64,000 nucleotides of DNA from an uncultured Bacilli bacterium (GTDB taxonomy: Bacteria > Bacillota_I > Bacilli_A > RF39 > UBA660). A program made the translations under genes and the position numbers. The notes beneath the pieces were generated by a model that saw only the letters and a list, made by a program, of their open reading frames with translations, had not been told where the DNA came from and made no database searches. The stretch covers positions 25,120 to 89,119 of the forward strand of contig CALVIC010000001.1 of the NCBI GenBank assembly GCA_944329365.1, in the 5' to 3' direction. Below are positions 9,161 through 19,099 of this stretch, one piece after another (position 1 is the first letter of the stretch; each line of letters begins with the position of its first letter).

Positions 9161-10084
9161 ATGGGGATGAAAAAATGTGCACTTGTGTGTAATCCTAATA
9201 GTGGACACAATAAAAAGAAGCCGATTATCGAAAAAATGATAGATGTATTAAAAGATTATGATTATGAGACAGAAGTTTATTATACGAAGTATTCTGGTCA
9301 TGCAAAGAAGATTATCATGAGTTTAAAGGACGATATTGATTTAGTTGTATCACTTGGCGGCGATGGAACTTTCAATGAGGTTGTAACAGGTAATTTTAAG
9401 AGACCAAAAAAGCTTCTTTTATCACATATTCCACTTGGAACGACTAATGATTTGGGGGCAATTTTTGGTCTTGGAAAAAATCCAATTACAAATTTAAAAA
9501 TGATCTTAGAAGGTACAGTAAAAGGTATTGATATATGTATGATTAACGATCAACCTTTTGTGTATGTCGCAGGTCTTGGAAAATTTACGGACGTGGCTTA
9601 TAATACGCCAAGAAAACTTAAGAAGAATTTTGGTTATATGGCTTATATGTTTAATGCTTTAAAGTCATTTAATCAGAAGACTCATTTATTTGAGATGAGT
9701 TACGAGATTGATGGAGAAGTTTATACTGGTCTTTATTCTTTTGCTCTTGTTTGTAATGCGAGAAGGATGGCTGGAATAAATGTCTTTCAAGATGTAAAAA
9801 TGGATGATGGAAAGTTTGAAGTTTTATTTTCAAATATTACAGCCAAAAAGGATATTATAAAGAGTTTATATTATTTTAAGGCTAATGGAATTAAAAATGT
9901 TCCAGGATTTTATTTCTTTAGAACTGATAATTTAAAAATTAGACTAAAAGATTATCCAAAAAATAATTGGTGTATAGATGGGGAGAAGCTAAGAGATAGA
10001 AGTTTAATTTTCGACATTAAGATTGTTAAGGGTCTTGAGATGCTTTTACCTAATAAAGAGCTTAAGAATATATTTATATCATAA
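9161..10084 (+). CDS. diacylglycerol kinase-family lipid kinase (DgkB/YegS-like)
   Basis: Catalytic-domain motifs VSLGGDGT and PLGTTND. Start uncertain among GTG 9155, ATG 9161 and ATG 9167. A TATAAT at 9143-9148 suggests a short leader. Confidence 0.7.
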   Translation: MGMKKCALVCNPNSGHNKKKPIIEKMIDVLKDYDYETEVYYTKYSGHAKKIIMSLKDDIDLVVSLGGDGTFNEVVTGNFKRPKKLLLSHIPLGTTNDLGAIFGLGKNPITNLKMILEGTVKGIDICMINDQPFVYVAGLGKFTDVAYNTPRKLKKNFGYMAYMFNALKSFNQKTHLFEMSYEIDGEVYTGLYSFALVCNARRMAGINVFQDVKMDDGKFEVLFSNITAKKDIIKSLYYFKANGIKNVPGFYFFRTDNLKIRLKDYPKNNWCIDGEKLRDRSLIFDIKIVKGLEMLLPNKELKNIFIS

Positions 10085-10149
10085 TTGCTTTTTGATTATA
10101 TTTTTGGTATAATTGAAGAGCTTTTTAACGAAAAAGAAAGGAGACGGAA

Positions 10150-11796
10150 ATGAGTAAAATTAAAATTTTTGCGCTCGGTGGTTTAAACGAAGACGGGAAA
10201 AATATGTATGTTGTCGAAGTTGACAAGGATATATTTGTTTTCGATGCTGGTTTAAAGTATGCCGATGATAAGATGTTAGGAGTCGATTATATTATTCCTA
10301 ACTATGATTATATTAAAGATAATATTAAAAGAGTAAAAGGAGTTTTTATAACTCATGGTCATGACAATTATATGGGAGCTTTGTGTGATATTTTAAAAGA
10401 GGTTCCTGAGCTTAAGATTTATGGTACTAAATTTACTTTGGAGATTATCAAGGATGAGCTTGAAAGTGATGGTATTAAGAGTAATAATTTAATAGAAATT
10501 ACACCACATAAAAAGATCGATTTTGGTAAAAATAGTATTTTCCCAATAACTGTAACTTATATGATTCCAGATGCGGTTGGATATGTTTTATATACTCCAG
10601 ATGGGGCAATATTCTATACGGGTAATTTTGTGTTTGATCCAACAATGCTTGGTCCTTACAAGATGGATATTGGAAAACTTGCTTATGTTGGTAAACAAGG
10701 TGTTTTATGTTTACTTTCTGAGTCACTTTATGCGGAGAAGAAAGGATTTACTTCACCTAACCATAGGGCGGCTGATGCGATAAGCGAGGTTATTAATAAT
10801 CACGATGGAAGAATTTTACTTAATATCGATCAAACGCAAATTTATAGAGTTCAAGAATTATTTAATGAAATTAAACACACTAAACGTAATGTTGTTATTT
10901 TAGGTAAAAGAATGGAACAAAATATTTTAAAGGCAATTAATATGAAATATGTCAATTTTGATGCCAAGAGAATTTGTTCGATTAAACATGTAAATGACGA
11001 AGGAATTATCGTAATTATTTCTGATGAAAGAGAAAGACCTTTTTCTAATTTAAAAAGAATTGTCAGAGGTTATGATAAGTTCGTAACGATTACTGATAAA
11101 GATACTTTTGTCCTTGTTTCACCAATCGATGATGGAATGGAAGGAACAGCGACAAAGATTTTAGATACTTTAGCTAGAATTGGTGTCGATACTATTGTTT
11201 TAGATAAGCGTAATTACTTATCACATCATGCTTCATCAGAAGATTTGATGCTTATGATTGATTTAATGAAACCAAAATATTACATGCCAGTTATTGGTGA
11301 GTATCGTCAACAAGTGGCTAATGCGAATGCGGCTAAACAGATCGGAATGAGATGTGATCATATTTTACTTAAGTTGAATGGTGATGTTGCTTATTTCGAA
11401 AATGGTGAACTTGTCGATAACGATATGAAAGTGGCAGTAGATGATATTTTAATTGACGGACTTTCTGCTGGAGATGTTGGTGATTTAGTTATTAAAGATA
11501 GAGAGTTACTTAGTGATAATGGTATTGTCATTATTACGGCAACTTTGGATAGAAAAACAAAGGAAATTTTAGCTGGACCAGAGGTTTTAACAAAAGGTTT
11601 TGTTTATGTTCGTGATAATATAGATTTGATTAAAGAGGTCGCAAAAATTTCTGAAGAGGTTATTAATAAAAATGTCAAAGGAAATTATGTTGATTTCAAT
11701 AAAGTTAAATCAGGTATTAGGGATAAGGTTGGAAAATACTTATATGAAGAGACCGAGTGCAAACCAATGGTAATAATTGTCATAGGAGAAGTTTAA
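10150..11796 (+). CDS. ribonuclease J-family protein (metallo-beta-lactamase plus beta-CASP) with a degenerate motif II, HGHDNY instead of HGHEDH
   Basis: Full-length RNase J architecture. The motif-II Asp and His are replaced by Asn and Tyr. Confidence 0.75.
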   Translation: MSKIKIFALGGLNEDGKNMYVVEVDKDIFVFDAGLKYADDKMLGVDYIIPNYDYIKDNIKRVKGVFITHGHDNYMGALCDILKEVPELKIYGTKFTLEIIKDELESDGIKSNNLIEITPHKKIDFGKNSIFPITVTYMIPDAVGYVLYTPDGAIFYTGNFVFDPTMLGPYKMDIGKLAYVGKQGVLCLLSESLYAEKKGFTSPNHRAADAISEVINNHDGRILLNIDQTQIYRVQELFNEIKHTKRNVVILGKRMEQNILKAINMKYVNFDAKRICSIKHVNDEGIIVIISDERERPFSNLKRIVRGYDKFVTITDKDTFVLVSPIDDGMEGTATKILDTLARIGVDTIVLDKRNYLSHHASSEDLMLMIDLMKPKYYMPVIGEYRQQVANANAAKQIGMRCDHILLKLNGDVAYFENGELVDNDMKVAVDDILIDGLSAGDVGDLVIKDRELLSDNGIVIITATLDRKTKEILAGPEVLTKGFVYVRDNIDLIKEVAKISEEVINKNVKGNYVDFNKVKSGIRDKVGKYLYEETECKPMVIIVIGEV

Positions 11797-11875
11797 GACT
11801 TCTTTTTTTGACGAGTTTTAGAAGTGTAAAACTTCTTTTTTAAATGAATATGATAAAAGGAAAGGAGTAGTTTTT

Positions 11876-12295
11876 ATGAAAAATATTTTTAAATTAGTAA
11901 AAAATAAAGTGTTTACGGTAGCTGAAGGTTTAGTAAAAGGCGGAAAAAGAGAAGAGTATGTCATTAATGGAATGAATTTGGTTTCACCGGAAAAAGCAGA
12001 TGAATGGGTGAGATTTGTAGATTCGGCTTTAACAGGAAGTGAATATAATGATGGATATTATGTGATGAAAGGTGATTTAAAATCTGAAGTTATTTTGGAA
12101 AATGTTTTAGATGGTTTAGTTATGATAGACCATGGTTATTCTTTTTGGGAGGTTGATAAGGTGCTTAGAATGTACAGTCAAGGAGAAGAACTTAGATTTA
12201 TCCGAAGGTGTTTAATTAAATTTAGTTTGTTGGGTGATGACTATTTAAAATATTTAAGCGGAAATGAGACTGTTAAAGTAAAGACTTTAAAATAA
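11876..12295 (+). CDS. hypothetical protein (139 aa)
   Basis: Intact ORF with an AAAGGAAAGGAG-type RBS region. Confidence 0.5.
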   Translation: MKNIFKLVKNKVFTVAEGLVKGGKREEYVINGMNLVSPEKADEWVRFVDSALTGSEYNDGYYVMKGDLKSEVILENVLDGLVMIDHGYSFWEVDKVLRMYSQGEELRFIRRCLIKFSLLGDDYLKYLSGNETVKVKTLK

Positions 12296-12355
12296 TATTT
12301 CTTGAAGAAAATTAATAAATGTGATATTATCTAATGGAAGAAATGAGTTGATTTT

Positions 12356-13765
12356 ATGTTAGTACCAAATGCTTTAGAGGAAAAAAAGAGAACAGGAAAT
12401 GAAGTAAAGATAAGGAAATACGAGATTAATCCAAATTATAAGACTTTAGGTGCTGGAAAAAGTTATTTTGTTAAAACTTATGGTTGTCAGATGAATGTTC
12501 ACGATAGTGAAAATATAAGAGCTATGCTGGAAGAGATGGGTTATAAAGAAGCTTCTAATATGGAAGGGGCCGATTTGATTTTACTTAATACTTGTGCGAT
12601 TAGAGAAAACGCGCATAATAAAGTTTTTGGTATGCTTGGAAGGATTAAACATTTGAAGGCGGAAAAACCTAATGTAATGGTTGGTCTTTGTGGGTGTATG
12701 GCTCAAGAAGAATCTGTTGTTGATGAGATTTTAAATCGTTATAAGTGGATGGATTTTGTTTTTGGAACCCATAATTTGGATAGGCTTCCCGAAGTTTTAC
12801 ATAATTCAATTTTAAAGAAAAAATTAGAGGTTGAGGTATATAGCTGTGAGGGTGATTTAATCGAGGATATGCCGGTTAAACGCGATAGTAAGTATAAAGC
12901 GTGGGTTAATATTATGTATGGTTGTGACAAATTTTGTACGTACTGTATTGTACCGTTTACAAGAGGTAAGCAGAGAAGTAGAAGGCCGCATGATATTTTA
13001 ATGGAAGTAAGAAGGCTTAAAGAAGACGGATATCAAGAGGTTACTTTGCTTGGTCAAAATGTCAATGCTTATGGTAAAGATTTAGGTAATTACGATATGG
13101 GTGATTTACTGCGCGATGTTGCCGAGATTGGTATTCCAAGAGTTCGTTTTATAACTTCACATCCTTGGGATTTTACAGATAAGATGATCGAGGTTATTGC
13201 CAAATACGATAATATTATGCCTTATATTCATCTACCACTACAGTCAGGTTCGGATAGAATTTTGAAATTAATGGGAAGACGATATACAAAGGATAGTTAT
13301 TTAAAGCTATTTCATAAAATTAAAGATACAGTTCCTAATGCGACAATAACGACAGATATTATAGTTGGTTTTCCGGGAGAAACTGAGAAGGATTTTCAAG
13401 ATACTTTAGATGTAGTTAACGAGTGTCAGTACGAATCAGCGTTTACGTTTATATTTTCTCCAAGGGTTGGGACACCGGCTGCGAAAATGAAGGATGATAC
13501 TTCTTTAGAAGAAAAGGAAGATAGGCTTCATAGACTTAATAAGGTCGTTAATAAATATTCAAGGAAGGCCAATGATAAGTATTTAAATAAAGAGGTTAAG
13601 GTTTTACTTGAAGGTGTTTCGCTTAAGGATGAAAGTATGCTTATGGGATATACGGAAGAGATGAAGCTTGTTAATGTACGTGCGCCTAAGGAAATGATTG
13701 GAAAGATAGTCCCAGTTAGAATAATAGATGTTAAAACTTGGAGTTTAGATGGAGAGATGATTTAG
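12356..13765 (+). CDS. miaB: tRNA-i6A37 methylthiotransferase MiaB (radical SAM MTTase)
   Basis: N-terminal MTTase domain YFVKTYGCQMNVHDSE. Radical-SAM CxxxCxxC motif CDKFCTYCIVP. TRAM-like C-terminus. Confidence 0.9.
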   Translation: MLVPNALEEKKRTGNEVKIRKYEINPNYKTLGAGKSYFVKTYGCQMNVHDSENIRAMLEEMGYKEASNMEGADLILLNTCAIRENAHNKVFGMLGRIKHLKAEKPNVMVGLCGCMAQEESVVDEILNRYKWMDFVFGTHNLDRLPEVLHNSILKKKLEVEVYSCEGDLIEDMPVKRDSKYKAWVNIMYGCDKFCTYCIVPFTRGKQRSRRPHDILMEVRRLKEDGYQEVTLLGQNVNAYGKDLGNYDMGDLLRDVAEIGIPRVRFITSHPWDFTDKMIEVIAKYDNIMPYIHLPLQSGSDRILKLMGRRYTKDSYLKLFHKIKDTVPNATITTDIIVGFPGETEKDFQDTLDVVNECQYESAFTFIFSPRVGTPAAKMKDDTSLEEKEDRLHRLNKVVNKYSRKANDKYLNKEVKVLLEGVSLKDESMLMGYTEEMKLVNVRAPKEMIGKIVPVRIIDVKTWSLDGEMI

Positions 13766-13857
13766 TCAAAACGATTGGTTTTGGCTTTTTTTCATATTTA
13801 CCTTGTAAATACTCGTGAAATTTGTTATATTATTCTTAAGAGTAGGAGCTTACAAAT

Positions 13858-15189
13858 ATGAAGGATAAGAAAAATACGAAAATTTCAGATTTTGTTTCAA
13901 AGGTTGAAGACGGAACAAATGAAGCTTTTGATAGGGTTACAGATTCCCTTATGGATGAAGATGCAGTAGAAGCGGATGGAAATTTTAATTATACTGATAT
14001 TGTTACAAATACAAAAGAGGAAAAGATGCGAAAACTTCCTTGGATAGTTGCGATAGTTTTAATATTACTTATTGTTTTATCTTTTTGTGCGTTATTTTTT
14101 CAAAGTAATCCAAAGACTATTTTTGTACGAGCAATCGACGGTCTTTTTAATGGAATTACCAGTAAAATAGGTGATAATGCTTATGATATCGTAAATGGTA
14201 ATTTAGATTTGGAATATGTTATTCACGGCGGTGAAAATAGTAATTTAAATGATGAGATTAGTAAGATAAAGTGGCAAGCAGATTATTCTTTAGATGTGAC
14301 TAATAACAGAGCTTATGCAAATATTACTGGCGATAATGGTGAAGGAGAACTTAATTTTAGGGTTTATAATGATGAAGATGATAAGTTTATAAAAGTAAAT
14401 AATGTCATGGATAATTATTTAAAGGTTAATAATGGACATTTTAGTTTAGATATTTTAAATAATTTTGGCGATGTAAGTACTTTGCTTGAAGGAATTAATC
14501 AGGCTTTTGACAAGGCGATTTCTCCGGAAAAAATTACTCGCAGTAATAAAACAATAAATGTAAATGGGGAGAATATTAAAGCTTATGAATCAAAGTTAGT
14601 TATCGACGGTAATAATAAGGAACGATTTAAAGAGTCTTTTATTAATTCTTTAACTTCTAATATAGATTTTATTACTTCTTTGAAAAAAATTAGAGATGCA
14701 AATGTATTAGATGGGCAAATGAGCCGGGATAATTTAGAAAAGATTATTGATGATATGGGAAATATTGAAGTCATTCTTTATACAAGAGGTGATGATCATT
14801 ACTTGGTAAAAATGGATTTCACTTGGGATAATGGTAGTTTTTCTTTAATTAAAAATAATAACGAAAATTATGATTATGTTTTAAAAATTGATAATAGAGA
14901 AACTAGTGGTAATTTAAAGATAAGTAATAATGACAATAGTCATAATATTGAGCTTTCAGTTAAAGAGATGGAAGACGGAAAAGTCTTAGTTACGCAAAAT
15001 ATTAAACTTGATTTAAGAACTAATAATAATGGAAAATTTGAAAATGTCGATACGAGCAATTTTACTGAGTATGAGAATATGAGTGATGTCGATAAATTTA
15101 ATTTACAGACGAATATTGTAGCGAATCCAGTTGTTTCAAAATTAGTTTCGGCTGGACTTGAGATAAATTTGGATGAGTGGTTTAAATAG
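13858..15189 (+). CDS. hypothetical single-pass membrane protein with an Asn/Asp-rich extracytoplasmic domain
   Basis: AGGAG RBS. One TM helix, LPWIVAIVLILLIVLSFCALFF. Confidence 0.5.
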   Translation: MKDKKNTKISDFVSKVEDGTNEAFDRVTDSLMDEDAVEADGNFNYTDIVTNTKEEKMRKLPWIVAIVLILLIVLSFCALFFQSNPKTIFVRAIDGLFNGITSKIGDNAYDIVNGNLDLEYVIHGGENSNLNDEISKIKWQADYSLDVTNNRAYANITGDNGEGELNFRVYNDEDDKFIKVNNVMDNYLKVNNGHFSLDILNNFGDVSTLLEGINQAFDKAISPEKITRSNKTINVNGENIKAYESKLVIDGNNKERFKESFINSLTSNIDFITSLKKIRDANVLDGQMSRDNLEKIIDDMGNIEVILYTRGDDHYLVKMDFTWDNGSFSLIKNNNENYDYVLKIDNRETSGNLKISNNDNSHNIELSVKEMEDGKVLVTQNIKLDLRTNNNGKFENVDTSNFTEYENMSDVDKFNLQTNIVANPVVSKLVSAGLEINLDEWFK

Positions 15190-15246
15190 CCACTTTTTTG
15201 TGTATTTTTCTTTGAAATTGCATATCTTAAAGTGAGGGGTGATATA

Positions 15247-15783
15247 ATGGCATCTTATAAAGAAATAGTGACTAAGGCGATTATCGGAAAAGGAAAAAAG
15301 CATTTTAAGGATAAATATACAATTGAAGCTGAGCACACACCGACGACAATACTTGGGTGCTGGGTTATAAATCATCAATTTAAAGGATACAAGTCAGGCG
15401 ATAAAATTGGGGTCGATGGTTCTTTTGATATAAACATTTGGTATTCTTATGACGATGATAGTAAAACAGCTGTAATTAATGAAAAGATCGAGTACAATGA
15501 TTTGTTTAATGTAAGGGTCCGCGATAATGCTGATTTATCTGGTGATACCGATATTATTGTTAGGTCTTTGAAACAGCCAACGTGTTCTTCTGTTAATATC
15601 GAGGATAATAACAAGGTTTCTTTCGATATTGAAAAGGAACTTGGGGTTGAAATTGTTGGAGAGACAAAGGTTAAAATTGCTGTGGAAGAAGATGAGGAAC
15701 CTTGGGATGAAATAGTCGACGATGTAAGTGATGATACTTTAAAAGAAATAGATGAAAATGTCGATGAAAATTATATAAATTAA
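15247..15783 (+). CDS. cotE: spore coat morphogenetic protein CotE-like
   Basis: N-terminal blocks YKEIVTKAIIGKG, ILGCWVINH and DINIWYSY match the B. subtilis CotE pattern. Acidic C-terminal tail. Conserved position downstream of miaB. Confidence 0.7.
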   Translation: MASYKEIVTKAIIGKGKKHFKDKYTIEAEHTPTTILGCWVINHQFKGYKSGDKIGVDGSFDINIWYSYDDDSKTAVINEKIEYNDLFNVRVRDNADLSGDTDIIVRSLKQPTCSSVNIEDNNKVSFDIEKELGVEIVGETKVKIAVEEDEEPWDEIVDDVSDDTLKEIDENVDENYIN

Positions 15784-15936
15784 GCGTTCATGTTTGAATG
15801 CTTTTTATTTTTGTGGTTTAGTTATTTGGGTAATTTAGAAATTGAATAATATTTAATAAAGCCTGGTTTTACACCAGCCAACAACGCGAATTATAACAAT
15901 CAAAGAGGTTTATCGGAAATCGCGCCAGATAGTTAT

Positions 15937-16542
15937 ATGCCGCTTGAGATACATTATGGAAGAAAGCAGGCAGAAGAACTTGTAAAGTATTTGAATTTAA
16001 TAAAAAGGAAAACGCTTATTTTAGTAAGTTCTTATAATAGAACTTTAGAAACTTTAGAGATTGCTTTTAAAAATATGCATGGAGATTATAAGGTAGAGGT
16101 TAGAGATGAACTTCACGAAATTAATTTGGGGGTTCACTTTGCAAGAACAAAGGAAGAAATTTTGGAACTTTATCCTGTTAGTGGTAAAAATTTTTATATG
16201 GCAAAGAAATTTTTTCCTAATGCAACTTGTTATATAGGTGGTGAGTCTCAAAGAAAGGTTAAATATAGAGTTTATAATATAAGTAATTATATTATGGAGA
16301 AGTCTTTGGAATACGACAATGTATTTGTTGTTGCTCACGAGATGGTTAATAAATGGATTTATTATTGGATTAATGATGAGCAAGAGCTTAATCATGATAT
16401 GAAAAATTGTGAGGTAATAAGGGCTAATGGTAGAAATCGTGGAAAACCATTATTTAATCCGCAGACTTTTGTTCCGAAGGGATATATGATAGATATAAAT
16501 GAATATATTCATCAAAAGCAGAATAAAGTTAAAAGAAGGTAG
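15937..16542 (+). CDS. histidine-phosphatase-like protein lacking the N-terminal RHG catalytic region. Possibly a truncated gene or pseudogene.
   Basis: C-terminal …VVAHEMV… block of the phosphoglycerate-mutase-like fold. The upstream in-frame region has no start codon back to the stop at 15847. Confidence 0.35.
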   Translation: MPLEIHYGRKQAEELVKYLNLIKRKTLILVSSYNRTLETLEIAFKNMHGDYKVEVRDELHEINLGVHFARTKEEILELYPVSGKNFYMAKKFFPNATCYIGGESQRKVKYRVYNISNYIMEKSLEYDNVFVVAHEMVNKWIYYWINDEQELNHDMKNCEVIRANGRNRGKPLFNPQTFVPKGYMIDINEYIHQKQNKVKRR

Positions 16543-16558
16543 TGTTATACAAAAAAGG

Positions 16559-16587
16559 TTGACAGATGCCTTGCTATATGATAAAAT
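16559..16587 (+). promoter_or_regulatory. rpsP promoter TTGACA-17 nt-TAAAAT
   Basis: TTGACA 16559-16564, TAAAAT 16582-16587. Confidence 0.5.
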
Positions 16588-16610
16588 CGTTTAAGAAATG
16601 GAGGGATATT

Positions 16611-16889
16611 ATGGTAAAAATTAGACTTATGAGAATGGGTTCAAAAAGAAAGCCATTTTATAGAATAGTTGTTGCTGATGCGAGAACTAAGAGAGATGGA
16701 CAATATATTGAACTTGTTGGTACTTATAATCCAGTAATGGATCCAGCTGAAATTAAAATTAACGAAGAAGTTGCTTTAAAGTGGCTTAAAGATGGAGCTG
16801 TGCCAACTGATACTGTAAAGAGTTTATTTACAAAAACTGGAATTAATAAAAAATTCCACGAGATGAGAATGAAAAAAGATAGTGAGTAA
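16611..16889 (+). CDS. rpsP: 30S ribosomal protein S16
   Basis: [30 protein letters not shown]…, GGAGGG RBS. Confidence 0.95.
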   Translation: MVKIRLMRMGSKRKPFYRIVVADARTKRDGQYIELVGTYNPVMDPAEIKINEEVALKWLKDGAVPTDTVKSLFTKTGINKKFHEMRMKKDSE

Positions 16890-16892
16890 TTT

Positions 16893-17135
16893 ATGGATTT
16901 AGAGAAGCTTACAGATTTTATGGTTAAGGGTTTGGCTAAGAAACCAGATTTAGTTTCAGTAAAACTTTTCGACGATGAAGATTTGATTACGATTGAGGTT
17001 TTAGTTAGCAAGGATGATATCGGAATTGTGCTTGGGCATGACGGCGTTAATGCTAAGGCAATAAGGACGATAGTTCAATCTAGCAGTTTAGCTAAGCTCG
17101 GTAAACCGGCAAAGATTAACATAGAGTCTTTTTAG
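16893..17135 (+). CDS. ylqC: KH-domain RNA-binding protein YlqC-like
   Basis: 80-aa KH fold with GxxG-like motif GIVLGHDG. Conserved position after rpsP. Confidence 0.8.
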   Translation: MDLEKLTDFMVKGLAKKPDLVSVKLFDDEDLITIEVLVSKDDIGIVLGHDGVNAKAIRTIVQSSSLAKLGKPAKINIESF

Positions 17136-17199
17136 GCTTTATGTTTTTTGTTTACTAAAAAAGTTTATTGTGATATATTTAAATAGAGGAGGGCCAGAT

Positions 17200-17574
17200 A
17201 TGAGAAAAGGGTTTACTTTAGTTGAATTACTCGCCGTAATTATTATTTTGGGTATTATTCTTTTGATTATTGTTCCAAATGTTGCCGGTATTTTAAATAG
17301 GTCACAAGAAAGGTTAAATGAGGAACAGATAAGAGAGATTGAATCAGCAGCTAAGCAGTGGGGTCTTAGAAATTTAAATATTAAAGATAATAAACCTTAT
17401 AAAGGTGGCAATGTAATTAGTTATGTAACAATTGATACTTTGCAAAAAGGGGGATTTTTAGAGAATAAGGATGTAAGAGATTTGACTGATAATAGTGATG
17501 TTTCTTTGAATACAAAAATTTGTATAAGTTATGATAATAATCAGTTTATATATGAATATGGTGGTGATTGTTAG
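17200..17574 (+). CDS. prepilin-type N-terminal cleavage/methylation-domain protein (ComGC/pseudopilin-like)
   Basis: Class III signal MRKGFTLVELLAVIIILGIILLII (G|FTLxE). GGAGGG RBS. Confidence 0.8.
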   Translation: MRKGFTLVELLAVIIILGIILLIIVPNVAGILNRSQERLNEEQIREIESAAKQWGLRNLNIKDNKPYKGGNVISYVTIDTLQKGGFLENKDVRDLTDNSDVSLNTKICISYDNNQFIYEYGGDC

Positions 17575-17949
17575 ATGAAGAAGGGTTTTACTTTAATCGA
17601 ACTTTTAGCAGTTATTGTATTGCTTGGGGTAATTGTGACAATTATTACTTCTTCGGTAATTTCCACGATGAATAAATCAAAGGCATCTTTATCTGATACC
17701 CAAATAGAGACAATTGAGAATGCGGCAAGCAGATGGGCAACGCTTAACGCTGATAAGATTCCAAGTGAGAATGGAAAGTATGTGGATGTATCTATAGATA
17801 ATTTGGCAAGTGACGGTTATTTAGATGCTTCTGATTTAGAAAATCCTAGTAATGGGAAGAAGCTATGCGGTTATGTGCGAATAACTTATGTAAATAATGA
17901 TACTTATAAAAATCAGTTTAATTATGATTTTCATGAGAAAAGCTGTTAG
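17575..17949 (+). CDS. second pseudopilin (prepilin-type N-terminal domain)
   Basis: MKKGFTLIELLAVIVLLGVIVTI. Start codon is adjacent to the previous stop. Terminator hairpin AGCTGT/ACAGCT plus T-run at 17941-17970. Confidence 0.8.
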   Translation: MKKGFTLIELLAVIVLLGVIVTIITSSVISTMNKSKASLSDTQIETIENAASRWATLNADKIPSENGKYVDVSIDNLASDGYLDASDLENPSNGKKLCGYVRITYVNNDTYKNQFNYDFHEKSC

Positions 17950-17970
17950 CCTGTATATTACAGCTTTTTT
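17941..17970 (+). terminator. rho-independent terminator after the pseudopilin pair
   Basis: agctgttagcctgtatattacagctttttta. Confidence 0.6.
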
Positions 17971-18006
17971 ATTTTGTGGTATAATAATCTAAAGTTTGGA
18001 GGAAGA

Positions 18007-19053
18007 ATGAAGAAGATAATTTTGTTTTTAAAAAAATTGTGGTATATGTTTATAGGTTTATTTCGGAAAAATAAAAAAACTTTGGATAAAGTGGAATATA
18101 GTGAATATACGGAATCTTTTGAGAATAAAAGTAGGACAGGAAGTTTATCTGGTACTAGTCAAAACAATGCGAATAAGTTTTATTTTGATAAGATGATTTT
18201 CCTTACTATTCCAATGATTATTTTGTGGGCATTATTCGATAAAGAAAAGAAAGTTAAGGTTTACCGAAATATGCCTGAACAAGATGTAGTAATTCCAAAT
18301 TTAGAAGGTAATTTAAAGAAGCTTGAAATTGATAAGGAAGAGGTTTTAAAAAATAAAGAAGATTTGGCAAAGGCAAAAAAGCTTGCTGATGATAAAAAAG
18401 ATAATTTATCTAATAATTTGTCAAAAAATAACTTACAAAGCAATTTAAAACAAGCAAATAGTATAACTAACTTTAATCAGGTAAAAAGAGAAAATATTCC
18501 ATTTAAAGTTTCTAGGTCACTAAAACCTAAAGTGATGATAGGTCCAAAAGATATGCTTAAGGTTGAGCCGATTAAACTTGGGGAAGCATTAGAAATTCAA
18601 AAAGCTAATGATGATGATATTGTACTTCAAAGGAATAGGCTAAAAAAGAATAGGGGACTTATGGCTATCGATAAACTAATGGCAGGAGTTTTAACAGTGC
18701 CTTTAATTGGAGTTTTAGGTATAAGTTATATTGGTAAAGCTTTTAGACAAGTTAAAATAAACAATAGGCTTAGTATGGCTTTGGGTGAAGTTAATGATAA
18801 TAGTTTAAAAGTAAGAAGAATTAATCCATTTATGTTTTTTAGTAAAAAGAGGACAGAGAAGTTTACAAATAAATTACAGATGAGTAATTTAATGGGAACT
18901 CAGAGACTTAGAACTGGTATTTTTAAGAAATATGGTAGTCAAAATAGGACAAATAGCTTTAAAAATGTGGTTAATAAAATAGATAATTTAGAGGATAATT
19001 TAAAAAAAGGCCTTTATAAAAAACAAAAAGGTAAAGTAAAGGTTTTAAAATAG
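18007..19053 (+). CDS. hypothetical membrane protein, Lys/Asn-rich with coiled-coil character
   Basis: GGAGG RBS. Extended -10 TGGTATAAT at 17975-17984. Two predicted TM segments. Confidence 0.5.
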   Translation: MKKIILFLKKLWYMFIGLFRKNKKTLDKVEYSEYTESFENKSRTGSLSGTSQNNANKFYFDKMIFLTIPMIILWALFDKEKKVKVYRNMPEQDVVIPNLEGNLKKLEIDKEEVLKNKEDLAKAKKLADDKKDNLSNNLSKNNLQSNLKQANSITNFNQVKRENIPFKVSRSLKPKVMIGPKDMLKVEPIKLGEALEIQKANDDDIVLQRNRLKKNRGLMAIDKLMAGVLTVPLIGVLGISYIGKAFRQVKINNRLSMALGEVNDNSLKVRRINPFMFFSKKRTEKFTNKLQMSNLMGTQRLRTGIFKKYGSQNRTNSFKNVVNKIDNLEDNLKKGLYKKQKGKVKVLK

Positions 19054-19099
19054 AATATGATGTTATATTCTATTTTTTTTGCCATTTTTTTAAATAGAA

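Noticed and set aside
15142-15378. ORF 15142..15378 (-) across the cotE start
   Set aside because: It overlaps the cotE promoter and 5' coding region on the opposite strand with no RBS.
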